Shown here: positions 36,564-44,727 of the stretch, in pieces | How positions within the stretch are numbered: the first letter of the stretch is position 1 | Layout: every line of letters starts with the position of its first letter | From: a virus | Lineage: Duplodnaviria; Caudoviricetes | IMG/VR virus record: IMGVR_UViG_3300005683_000011 | Location: 1,578-65,577 of that record | Reading direction: 5' to 3' (one strand) | DNA: 64,000 nt | Position numbers and translations under genes: made by a program | Notes under the pieces: generated by a model | Database searches by the model: none | Told to the model about the DNA's origin: nothing | The model's input: the letters and a program-made list of their open reading frames with translations, nothing else

Positions 36564-37991
36564 ATGGTTGCTACTCTGAAGGCGAGCAAGAACGGCAAGG
36601 CGAGCAAGGCGAGCAAGGGCGAGACGATCGGCGCGACGGTTGAGCGCATCCAAGAAACGCTCATCACGACGACGACGGAAGAGGCGCTTGCGACGACGAC
36701 GACGACGGAAGAGAACACCGCGCCCCCTGCGCCCGAAGCGCCCACTACGCCAGAGCAAGCGCAGGCGAACGCGGAAGCGCAGGCGAAGGAAGCGAACGCA
36801 AGGCAAGCTGCGGAGCGCGTGGAGAAGGACAAGGAAGCGCTGACCTACCTGAACGCGGGAACAAGCGCCTACGCCAGCGCGGCAACGGACGAACGGGAAC
36901 ACAAGCTGAGCGCTGGCGAGCAATTCGACGCATACCGCGCTAACCGCGTTGCGATCGGTGTTGACAGGGAGGTTGCTGTCAGCGCGATTGCTGCCGCGCT
37001 CGCCCCCCTGGCAATGGAGAAGATCGGCACGAACGAAGTGAACGCGATGATTCGTTCCTCGCATGCCCACAAGCTGCTTTTCGTGGCAACGGGCAAGGTG
37101 GAAGAGGCGAAGCAAATTCCGTACACGATGTACGCGAAAGCGCTGTCAACGCTCATCAGCGCTGTCGATCTGGGGAAGAAGACGGAGCGATACGTCATCC
37201 TCCCTGGCATCGAATCCGATTGCCACGCGCTGGCCGATTCCGTTTGCAAGGGCAATCACACTGTCACCAGCGCGACGGACAAGGCGCGGGAACTAAACCT
37301 CACCCTGGCGAAGAACCAAGCGGAAGAGGCACGCAAGGCGAAGGAAGAGAAGGAAGAGGCGCACAAGGCAGCGCAGGCAGCGCGGGAGAAGACGGAGAAG
37401 GAAGCGAAGGAACAAGCGGAGCGCCTTGCCCTTGCGGAGCAAGTGCGGAAGAGCGCGGAGAAGCAAGCGGAAGAGGCGAAGGACGATAGCGCCAGGGAGC
37501 AAGCGGAGCGCCAGCTTGCGGAGATGAAGGCGAAGGAAGAGCAACAGCGCAAGGACAAGGTGAACGCGGATTTCGCAGCTGAACAGGCGAAGCGCGAGGA
37601 AACGCGCTTGAAGCAAGAGAAGCGCGATGCGGACAAGCTGGCGACGAACGCGCAAATCCGCGCGGAGAAGGGCGAACGGCGCGAGCAAGAGCGCCAGGAG
37701 AACAAGGGCAGGGGCAACGGCGCGAGCAAGGACAAGGGCAAGGAAGAGGGCAAACCGGCTTGCCCTGGCGACTATGCCAAGATGAGCGTTGCCGACGTGG
37801 CCGCGCACTTGTTCGCTATCCTGGCGAAGCATGAGAAACCGCATAGCGTCCTTGCTACGCTCATCACGCATTGCGATAGCGCCCCGAAAGGCACGTTTGA
37901 CAACGCCACGATGCGAGGGATTCGCGCCTTCATCGACACCAGCAAGAAACCCGCCGTCAAGGACAATGGCCCGGACGGCGCGAGCAAGTAA
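36564..37991 (+). CDS. Ala/Glu/Lys-rich coiled-coil early protein
   Basis: Likely start MVATLK after GGGGATTGCACC; long charged helical segment; GCG/GAA-rich codons. Confidence 0.75.
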   Translation: MVATLKASKNGKASKASKGETIGATVERIQETLITTTTEEALATTTTTEENTAPPAPEAPTTPEQAQANAEAQAKEANARQAAERVEKDKEALTYLNAGTSAYASAATDEREHKLSAGEQFDAYRANRVAIGVDREVAVSAIAAALAPLAMEKIGTNEVNAMIRSSHAHKLLFVATGKVEEAKQIPYTMYAKALSTLISAVDLGKKTERYVILPGIESDCHALADSVCKGNHTVTSATDKARELNLTLAKNQAEEARKAKEEKEEAHKAAQAAREKTEKEAKEQAERLALAEQVRKSAEKQAEEAKDDSAREQAERQLAEMKAKEEQQRKDKVNADFAAEQAKREETRLKQEKRDADKLATNAQIRAEKGERREQERQENKGRGNGASKDKGKEEGKPACPGDYAKMSVADVAAHLFAILAKHEKPHSVLATLITHCDSAPKGTFDNATMRGIRAFIDTSKKPAVKDNGPDGASK

Positions 37992-37993
37992 CA

Positions 37994-38068
37994 GCGCGAA
38001 ACATTGACGCCAGGGATTCGCCCCCCTGGCGTTCTTGTCCTGGCGTAGGTGCGCCAGCTGATGAGCGC
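37994..38068 (+). ncRNA. Type II hammerhead ribozyme
   Basis: GCGC-GAAAC-(stem III hairpin)-GTC-(stem I CTGGCG/CGCCAG)-CTGATGA-GCGC; all core nucleotides present. Confidence 0.9.
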
Positions 38069-38105
38069 AGACACAAACGCTCTGGCATCCCGTAGGGATC
38101 GCACC

Positions 38106-38285
38106 ATGAACAAGAACCGTTGGATGTACACTGTCCAGTTCAATGAGGTTGAACAGCGCTGGCAACTGCGCAGGATCGACCGCGAGGAAGCGTATTGTCT
38201 CGCGCTGTCCGGGCATGCGATTCAGGCATTCGACACAAAGGAAGAGGCATCCCGCGAGCTATCCCGCGTCCGCAGCATGAGCTAA
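38106..38285 (+). CDS. Small hypothetical protein
   Basis: GGGATCGCACC-ATG start context matches the upstream gene. Confidence 0.6.
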   Translation: MNKNRWMYTVQFNEVEQRWQLRRIDREEAYCLALSGHAIQAFDTKEEASRELSRVRSMS

Positions 38286-38321
38286 CCAACACAACCCGCA
38301 CCACACCAAAGGGCACACACC

Positions 38322-38525
38322 ATGGCGACGTACAACGTCTACTCACTCACGAGCGTTCAAGAACCGATTGACCGCGTGATTATGTGCAACGTCTGCGCTC
38401 ATATTCTGTCGGATGCCGACCTTGACGCCGATCGTTGCCCGCACGGTTGCGACGACAACCCTTCCTGTCGGGGTTGCGGCGGTAAGCTGGCCTACAACGG
38501 TATGTGCATCTTTTGTTGCCGCTGA
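38322..38525 (+). CDS. Small Cys-rich zinc-finger-like protein
   Basis: CNVC, CPHGC, CRGC and CIFCC motifs. Confidence 0.65.
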   Translation: MATYNVYSLTSVQEPIDRVIMCNVCAHILSDADLDADRCPHGCDDNPSCRGCGGKLAYNGMCIFCCR

Positions 38526-38552
38526 TACCGCGCCAGAACAACGCAACGTGAC

Positions 38553-38581
38553 GGGTGAGGCGACGTTCGCCTCACCCTTTT
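38553..38581 (+). terminator. Intrinsic terminator
   Basis: GGGTGAGGCGA/TCGCCTCACCC followed by TTTT. Confidence 0.75.
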
Positions 38582-38620
38582 CCCATCGATCCTACGCAAT
38601 GCCAAGGGCCAAGAAACACC

Positions 38621-38899
38621 ATGCTACCTAACTCTAAGCTAGTCGCCTGCGCCGTTCGCCACATGCGACACAACCTCACGCGGGGAGACATCATCGACGC
38701 CTTGCTTTATCACTCCCGCGCGTTCGTGGCAACGGGGCATAACTACTACCGTCAGACGGCGTTCGCCTACGCTGTCATTCTCAATAACAGCGATTTCGCG
38801 ATCCGACACGTCGAACGTCTCAAGCGCCTGCGAGACTACGCTAACCTCTACCACGCCAACCGTGCCGCTAGCAAAAAACGTACCGCCCCCTGGAATTAG
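38621..38899 (+). CDS. Hypothetical basic helical protein
   Basis: CACC-ATG start context; ends at the palindrome. Confidence 0.55.
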   Translation: MLPNSKLVACAVRHMRHNLTRGDIIDALLYHSRAFVATGHNYYRQTAFAYAVILNNSDFAIRHVERLKRLRDYANLYHANRAASKKRTAPWN

Positions 38900-38924
38900 C
38901 GCAAAGTGATCGATCACTTTGCGC
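38899..38924. repeat. Perfect 26-bp palindrome
   Basis: GCGCAAAGTGATCGATCACTTTGCGC equals its own reverse complement. Confidence 0.95.
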
Positions 38925-38939
38925 ATCGACCGCAAAGCA

Positions 38940-38977
38940 ACGGGCCGCGCCAGGGTGAGAACCCCGGCGCGGCCCGT
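38940..38977. terminator. Probable bidirectional terminator
   Basis: ACGGGCCGCGCC/GGCGCGGCCCGT hairpin between convergent gene blocks, with T-rich flanks on both strands. Confidence 0.7.
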
Positions 38978-39022
38978 TTGCGTTTCTGGCTGGCCACATC
39001 CTGCGCTGATGGCGCATCCGAG

Positions 39023-39316
39023 CTACTCAGGTTGGAACTCCTCGCCAGCCAACGACTGTAGCTGGGCAATCGTCATGTCCTTGACGCCAGTCCGTTTCAT
39101 CAGGAAGTCGAGGTGTTCGTTGATGGCGCACACATCAGCGGCGGGCAACTCGTTTCCCATCAAGTGATCGCGACACATCATCAGCGTCTCACTCAATTGC
39201 TTGTACAGGTTACAGCCCTTGAAGCAGATATGCTTCGTCCGATGGGCCACGCGCAGGCAAAGCATGGCAATCGTTTCGGAGTCTTCGATCTGCTTCAACC
39301 GTGCCTTGTCAATCAT
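39023..39316 (-). CDS. Hypothetical protein
   Basis: Start MIDKARL overlapping the upstream stop. Confidence 0.55.
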   Translation of the reverse strand: MIDKARLKQIEDSETIAMLCLRVAHRTKHICFKGCNLYKQLSETLMMCRDHLMGNELPAADVCAINEHLDFLMKRTGVKDMTIAQLQSLAGEEFQPE

Positions 39317-40079
39317 CGATCTTCCTCTTCTTCCTTGGAGGGGGACTGAGCAGATGTCGCAACAGCCAACACCCTCTGCCATGGGGGCCACTCGATCGGC
39401 AGTGGTCAAGGATCACCTCGTTCGTACACCCTGCATCCTCTAACGCATCTGCCATGATCGGCATGATACCATAGTCACGGTTGACAATGCACTCCGTTGC
39501 CATCTCTGTGATGGTGTCGTTTGTGACCTTGGCGCATTCGGTGCATTTGGTGAGTGAGCAGATGCCCTTGCTCGCACATATGCCGCGCCCGCATAGGGTC
39601 GAGTAGGCCGGTATCCCCAGTATGTCATGCGCCAGCTGCTGGATGATCCGGTCACTGAACCCAGCCATGAAGTGACACATATTGATGGCGCAATGGAAGT
39701 TGACAAAGCCGTGCATATGCTGTTCAAGGCGTGGCTTCTCTGATGTGCGATAGAGGTAGCCAACAGCCAGGCCCACGATATGCGTCAACTTGCCAGGGTC
39801 GATGTCCTGCCATCGCTTCCAGTTGACGGGTGAGATGAGGGCACTCTGGGGTGTGGTGTGTTTGTACACCGTGTCCAGAATCCATCGCTCGTCGCTGGAG
39901 AAATCGAGGTTCGTCTGTCGAGCATGCTCATGGATCACGCCGTCAATGAACATCCTCCACAATCGCTCTTTCTTCACCGGGTCGCGAGGCGCTGGTGGTA
40001 GGCTGTGGTTCAATAGCTCTAGCGTTTCATGGACAGTTGGCGCATTCTCAACCCTTGATCTAGTCTTGGTTTGCTTCAT
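39309..40079 (-). CDS. Protein with the Gemmata-type C-terminal domain (often annotated SMI1/KNR4-like)
   Basis: MPIMADALEDAGCTNEVILDHCRSSGPHGRGCWLL. Confidence 0.8.
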   Translation of the reverse strand: MKQTKTRSRVENAPTVHETLELLNHSLPPAPRDPVKKERLWRMFIDGVIHEHARQTNLDFSSDERWILDTVYKHTTPQSALISPVNWKRWQDIDPGKLTHIVGLAVGYLYRTSEKPRLEQHMHGFVNFHCAINMCHFMAGFSDRIIQQLAHDILGIPAYSTLCGRGICASKGICSLTKCTECAKVTNDTITEMATECIVNRDYGIMPIMADALEDAGCTNEVILDHCRSSGPHGRGCWLLRHLLSPPPRKKRKIDD

Positions 40080-40669
40080 GGTATGACAATCGTCTCCTCT
40101 CGTTGGAGCCAGGCGTCCAGTTGGCGCAGACTCATCAGTTCGTGCCCCTCGACAACGTGGTTGATGATGTACGGCGTCGGGAATGGGCGAGCCGGGCGCT
40201 GATGGGTCAGCTGTGCATCGTACAGACCACGGAAGAACACGCGCCCATCCTCAAGGCGGTACTCGAACAGGCAGTAGATGTCGCAGATGCACTGAGTCGA
40301 AGCCTTGACGAGCAGCCGGGGGAACTCGCACTTAGAAGCCTTGACGTTAACGACGCGGCCATCGGGCAGGGTGAAGTCGCCAAGGTCCGTGCCCCGTTGG
40401 TTGGACCGAACGTGCGTCGTCTTGTCGCGAGGGATGCCGGTCATTTTGGAGAAGGCAACCTCGCCGATCGCACCATCGATGTTCACGGTGAGATCGTTGA
40501 TCGGCCCCTTCTTTCCTCGACGTGGTTTGACCTGAGACTTCGCACCGGAACCAAGGGTGGCGCGGTTCCTGGCATCGGCGAAGTCAATCGACTCCTTGAT
40601 TTCCTCCTTGGTGAGGAAGAACGAGAAGTCACGATTGATCTCTTCGAGCGGACGGGGGACATTGCCCAT
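40076..40669 (-). CDS. PD-(D/E)xK nuclease-like protein
   Basis: GAIGEVAF helix, D.GD and V.VK motif. Confidence 0.6.
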   Translation of the reverse strand: MGNVPRPLEEINRDFSFFLTKEEIKESIDFADARNRATLGSGAKSQVKPRRGKKGPINDLTVNIDGAIGEVAFSKMTGIPRDKTTHVRSNQRGTDLGDFTLPDGRVVNVKASKCEFPRLLVKASTQCICDIYCLFEYRLEDGRVFFRGLYDAQLTHQRPARPFPTPYIINHVVEGHELMSLRQLDAWLQREETIVIP

Positions 40670-40854
40670 TAGTAGCCTCCGGGGATCTGGGTTCGCGTGA
40701 CCTTACCTTGCAGCTTGGTTAGCAAGGCTTCGTGCTGTTGGCGCACCAGTTCGTTTTGCTTGCGAAGGTTGACAATCTCCTTCTGCAACGCAACGATGTC
40801 AGCCTTGGCATTGGCCAACTCTATTGCTAAGGCTGATACGGGATTATTCTTCAC
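40669..40854 (-). CDS. Small coiled-coil protein
   Basis: Heptad pattern; coupled overlaps. Confidence 0.55.
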   Translation of the reverse strand: MKNNPVSALAIELANAKADIVALQKEIVNLRKQNELVRQQHEALLTKLQGKVTRTQIPGGY

Positions 40855-41186
40855 TGCATGTCTCCTTCGTATTGTCTTCGGTACGCTTCTTCCGCCCGTT
40901 GCTCTCGTTCGTCTGCCTGTTCATAGGTCAGCTTGCCTTCCATGATTCCGAGGATATTGACGGCACGGACGACAGCCATGTAGAATTCCTTCGGCCTGCG
41001 ATGCCGCGCCTCCTGGTCGGGATCGTAAGCATCGAACACTTCGACCTGATTGACCCAAGGCAACGCATCCCAATGCTTCTTACAGAACACCTTGGGATCT
41101 TTCGTCTTACGATTGCAGTCGATGGCGTAGCATGGCACGGTCCATCTCCATAACCCAAGGGTCAAGATCGACATTAACCAGTTCAC
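40851..41186 (-). CDS. Zinc-finger-like protein
   Basis: CYAIDC...FCKKHW motif. Confidence 0.6.
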   Translation of the reverse strand: MNWLMSILTLGLWRWTVPCYAIDCNRKTKDPKVFCKKHWDALPWVNQVEVFDAYDPDQEARHRRPKEFYMAVVRAVNILGIMEGKLTYEQADEREQRAEEAYRRQYEGDMQ

Positions 41187-41227
41187 GTCAGGCTTCCTAC
41201 CCTACCCCGGTGTTATGGCGACGGCGC

Positions 41228-41255
41228 ATCATACCGCCCCCGCGAGGACCAAACA
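41228..41255 (-). promoter_or_regulatory. Possible leftward promoter
   Basis: TTGTTT-16nt-TATGAT on the minus strand. Confidence 0.35.
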
Positions 41256-41291
41256 AGATCGACCATTAAGAACAAATTCCAGCTTTTTAGT

Positions 41292-41320
41292 TTGCAAAGA
41301 ATCGTCTCAGCTGTTACGAT
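41292..41320 (+). promoter_or_regulatory. Sigma70-like promoter of the long rightward operon
   Basis: TTGCAA-17nt-TACGAT. Confidence 0.65.
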
Positions 41321-41392
41321 TGATTGCGGTTTCAGATTCAACTCCAAGTGGAGAGGGCTGAGATCGAACACCAAGAGTAGGGAGCAACAGAC

Positions 41393-41620
41393 ATGGCTAA
41401 GCAGTGCCCGGTGACGAAGGAGCAGTTCGAGGACCACGCGAAGGATGTGATCGTGCAGATGGAAGGCAACGTGCTGGTGGCCAAGCCGGACAAGTTCCAG
41501 TCGGGGAGCTTCGGCTGGAAGCTCAACGGCAAGGCGACCATCGTGGTCGATGGCGTCAAGATCCCCGTGCAGGTGGGCATGAACATCACCTGCATCGGCA
41601 GCAAGCCAGGCGGGGAGTAG
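41393..41620 (+). CDS. Conserved small beta protein, planctomycete-like
   Basis: CP.T..QF...AK...F.SGS.GW.LNGK.TI.VDG....VQ.G.N.T..GSK pattern. Confidence 0.75.
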   Translation: MAKQCPVTKEQFEDHAKDVIVQMEGNVLVAKPDKFQSGSFGWKLNGKATIVVDGVKIPVQVGMNITCIGSKPGGE

Positions 41621-41624
41621 GACC

Positions 41625-41684
41625 ATGGAGATCCTGGTGGCGCTGGCGTTTCTCTTCCTGTACATGGAGACACGCAATGTCTGA
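41625..41684 (+). CDS. 19-aa hydrophobic peptide
   Basis: Hand translation: MEILVALAFLFLYMETRNV; RBS-like GGAG upstream. Confidence 0.35.
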   Translation: MEILVALAFLFLYMETRNV

Positions 41685-42162
41685 GGACGGGGATCGCATG
41701 CACGATGGTGCGATCCCTTCTCCTGCCTTACTGTCCCTGTTTCACCCCTGCCCAGAAGGATTGGTGCAAAGAGCAGTGGCAAGATTCTACCTCACGGCGG
41801 ATGACGACGATAACCTGTACGTTGCGACGGAACATAGCGATTACAGGCAACCCATCCGCAAGCGTTCGTTGTTCAAGTGCAAGCTGCCCTACTCCAAGGT
41901 TCAACCCTTTGGGTTTGTGCTAGGAACGACTGTGCATTGGGACGAGGTGGCGAAGAAGTTCTTTGTCCGTGATCCCAAGGATCAGAAAGCCTGGTATCTC
42001 ACCTTGGCTAAGGGCCGCGACCCTTACGCTGACATCACGGATGAGACTCCCATCCCCTGTCCCCCTGTTCCCGCTGGGGTTGAGACAAGGTGGATGAGCG
42101 GGAAGTGGCAGCGTAAGTGGGGTAAAGAGTGGGTGAATATAGGAGAGCGACCCCATGGGTAG
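41677..42162 (+). CDS. Hypothetical protein
   Basis: Start MSEDG with GGAG RBS; W-rich C-terminus. Confidence 0.55.
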   Translation: MSEDGDRMHDGAIPSPALLSLFHPCPEGLVQRAVARFYLTADDDDNLYVATEHSDYRQPIRKRSLFKCKLPYSKVQPFGFVLGTTVHWDEVAKKFFVRDPKDQKAWYLTLAKGRDPYADITDETPIPCPPVPAGVETRWMSGKWQRKWGKEWVNIGERPHG

Positions 42163-42364
42163 GATTCAAGAAGAGATCAGCAACATCATCGACGACATCG
42201 GCGTTGTCTGCTTGCTCGAACTGATCGAGGATGAGATGAAAACGAGGGCCGACGCCATGATGGAAGACTTCGACAAGGACGGGCCTGCGTCCAAGTGCTG
42301 GCGCAAGATGGCCTCGCACGTTCACCAGTGTACCGAGAAGATCGAGAGGGATGCCAATGAGTAA
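42155..42364 (+). CDS. Hypothetical protein
   Basis: Coupled small ORF with GGAG RBS. Confidence 0.55.
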   Translation: MGRIQEEISNIIDDIGVVCLLELIEDEMKTRADAMMEDFDKDGPASKCWRKMASHVHQCTEKIERDANE

Positions 42365-42548
42365 AAAGGCTGAGAAGGTGTTCACGCTTGAGGAGGGGTG
42401 CCTACTGTCCGATGCAATCCTCGCGTACCAAGGCACACTTTCCCTATTGATCGCGTCTGGCACGATCAAGAAGGAATGGGCAGCCAAGCGAATTCAGGAT
42501 TGCCAGAAGGTGAGGGAGGTTGTCCGTGAGCATACAGCTGAGCGGTAG
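42357..42548 (+). CDS. Hypothetical protein
   Basis: Coupled small ORF. Confidence 0.5.
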   Translation: MSKKAEKVFTLEEGCLLSDAILAYQGTLSLLIASGTIKKEWAAKRIQDCQKVREVVREHTAER

Positions 42549-42549
42549 C

Positions 42550-42945
42550 ATGCAGGTCATCGACGTTCTGCGAGGCGGGTTGTCCTGGCTCCGTGATCCC
42601 AAGCGCTGGGCCAAGGGCCATTGGGGGTTCACTGAGGATGGCATGCGTTGCCACCCATCCTATGATGGATGCGAGCGGTGCTGTGCAGTCGGTGCCCTCA
42701 TGAAGATCGCCCGTGACCTGATCCCTGAGTACCGTGATCGACTGGTTGATGATGCAGTCAAGGAACTCACCTACTGCATCCCGCTGGGCAAGAGCAACTC
42801 CGTCGTGCGGTACAATGACCTGTACGCCGACCACGCTGGGATCGTCCTACTGTTCGAGCGGGCTATCGAGCGGGTCATTCGTAACGCCAAAGAGGAGAAG
42901 AGTGCATGCACCTTATTGCACTTGGAAACGAGTTCTTCAACCTGA
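42550..42945 (+). CDS. Hypothetical protein (paralog of 44724-45122)
   Basis: L.DP..W.KG..GF...GMR...CCA.GALMK...YND..ADH. Confidence 0.65.
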   Translation: MQVIDVLRGGLSWLRDPKRWAKGHWGFTEDGMRCHPSYDGCERCCAVGALMKIARDLIPEYRDRLVDDAVKELTYCIPLGKSNSVVRYNDLYADHAGIVLLFERAIERVIRNAKEEKSACTLLHLETSSST

Positions 42946-43118
42946 ACTACATCGTGTGGGCACAGTTTGTCGAGAGCGAAGGCGAGCTTCGCATGCTCAT
43001 CGACACACCTAGCCCGCACGGTGCTACCGCCCAACTCGCCCGGTTCATCACGCTCAAGGGCAACCAAGCGTTGGTTGTCGCTGACTACCTCATGTCCAAA
43101 TCGACGGTGCTTGAATGA
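42906..43118 (+). CDS. Hypothetical protein
   Basis: LI.LGNEFFNLNYIV pattern; ATGA coupling. Confidence 0.55.
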   Translation: MHLIALGNEFFNLNYIVWAQFVESEGELRMLIDTPSPHGATAQLARFITLKGNQALVVADYLMSKSTVLE

Positions 43119-43537
43119 CCTGCCGCGCATTGCGTGACCTTGGACGGTTGACGCATGCAAGGTGCAAGGGACTGCTGAACGGGAAAGGCGCGAGGAAGCT
43201 GGGGCACAACACCTTCCTCCGCGCCGATCCTCATGACACATATGCCGTCGTGTATCACGCGACGGACATCATTCGCTTCTTTCCCGGCGGTGCCATCGTC
43301 GTCAACTCTGGCGGATGGCACACGCCAACAACGAAGGAACGCATCAATGCCCTCCTGGGCCTGGGCATCCGCAGCGTGAAGCACCAGTGGATGTACGGGC
43401 CGGGCAAGGGCAAGCCGTGGGAAGACGGCATCAACGTGGGCGAAACCGAATCCACCAACGACGCTCTCATCCAAGCCTATTTCATGGGCGACAAGAGGGC
43501 CGAGGAACTCCGTCGAGAATTGGGAGACATTCCATGA
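43115..43537 (+). CDS. Conserved phage hypothetical protein
   Basis: V.YH.T.I....GGW.T.TTKERIN motif. Confidence 0.7.
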   Translation: MTCRALRDLGRLTHARCKGLLNGKGARKLGHNTFLRADPHDTYAVVYHATDIIRFFPGGAIVVNSGGWHTPTTKERINALLGLGIRSVKHQWMYGPGKGKPWEDGINVGETESTNDALIQAYFMGDKRAEELRRELGDIP

Positions 43538-43686
43538 AAGAGACACACGATTGGGTATCCACACAACTCACGATCACGAGCCGCGTTATCTGCGCCCTGA
43601 TGCTGCTCATGGTCATCATCGGCGTCCTCGCTTTCCCGACCGCCTTGGCGCTGTACCTCATCCTTGTGCTGGGGGCCAACCTGTGA
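43534..43686 (+). CDS. Small membrane peptide
   Basis: Hydrophobic ICALMLLMVIIGVLAFPTALALYLILVLG; coupled at both ends. Confidence 0.55.
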   Translation: MKETHDWVSTQLTITSRVICALMLLMVIIGVLAFPTALALYLILVLGANL

Positions 43687-44582
43687 ACTCACCCATCAAG
43701 TGGCATGGAGGTAAGCATTACCTCGCTAAGCAGATCAACGCTCTCATGGGCGAGCATCTGCACTACGTTGAGACGCATGGCGGCGGGCTGAACGTGCTGC
43801 TGCACCATGACTTCGAGGGTCGCAGCGAGGTAGCCAACGATCTTGACTACAAGCTGACCAACTTCTGGCGTGTACTCCAGCGAGAGTCGTTGTTCGCTGA
43901 GTTCAGGCGCACGATCGAGGCCATGCCATTCAGCCAGGTTGAGTGGGAGGATGCGATAAATCCTCCCTTCGATTGCAACAAGCCTGAGCCGTGCGTCAAG
44001 TGTGCGCTTGACTTCTTCGTGTCTTGCAGGCAGTCCCTCGCCGGACGCATGAAGTCGTTCGCCCCACTGTCCAAGTCGAGGGTTCGGCGCGGCATGAGCG
44101 AGCAGGCCAGCGCCTGGCTGACGACGATCGCTGAGCTACCGCAGGTGCATCATCGCCTGCAACGTGTGGTCATCAAGTGCGAGGATGCCTTCGACTGCAT
44201 CCGCACGGAAGACTCACTGACCACACTGTTCTACTGTGATCCGCCCTATGTGCCTGATACCCGTGCGAGCAAGACGGTGTACAAGCATGAGTACAGCTTG
44301 GACCAGCATGAGCAGTTGCTCTGGCTCCTTGGTAGGATCAAGGGCAAGGCGATCATTAGCGGGTACGACTGCGACCTGTACGCTCGCATGCTCAAGGACT
44401 GGTATCAGTTCCGCTTCGAGGTTCCCAACCACGCAGCCGGCGGCGATGGCAAGCGCGTCATGGTCGAGTGCCTCTGGCTCAACTACCAACCACTGAAGGT
44501 GACGCATGCTGAACGCGAACAGGATGTACGAGAGCCTGATGATCGCGGCGAGGAACGTGAGGCGGAAGGCGGACAACCCTGA
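43683..44582 (+). CDS. Dam/D12-class DNA N6-adenine methyltransferase
   Basis: PIKWHGGK, variant motif I YVETHGGG, DPPY; GTG start. Confidence 0.9.
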   Translation: MNSPIKWHGGKHYLAKQINALMGEHLHYVETHGGGLNVLLHHDFEGRSEVANDLDYKLTNFWRVLQRESLFAEFRRTIEAMPFSQVEWEDAINPPFDCNKPEPCVKCALDFFVSCRQSLAGRMKSFAPLSKSRVRRGMSEQASAWLTTIAELPQVHHRLQRVVIKCEDAFDCIRTEDSLTTLFYCDPPYVPDTRASKTVYKHEYSLDQHEQLLWLLGRIKGKAIISGYDCDLYARMLKDWYQFRFEVPNHAAGGDGKRVMVECLWLNYQPLKVTHAEREQDVREPDDRGEEREAEGGQP

Positions 44583-44727
44583 CCAGATCAACACGCAGTT
44601 CGTGATCGATGCGATGAACCTGGCAGAGCGAGTCTTTGAACTCGATAGATACCTCGTCGATGGCGGTGTGTTGCCGTCACCGTGGAACGATGCCATTGGC
44701 ATCAAGGCATCAAGGAGATTTGAATGA
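44506..44727 (+). CDS. Hypothetical protein
   Basis: D..L..GG.LP..W pattern also seen in 45392-45727. Confidence 0.5.
   Translation: MLNANRMYESLMIAARNVRRKADNPDQINTQFVIDAMNLAERVFELDRYLVDGGVLPSPWNDAIGIKASRRFE

Noticed and set aside
36660-36715. Direct repeat GACGACGACGACGGAAGAG
   Set aside because: It encodes the duplicated peptide TTTTEE within the ORF.
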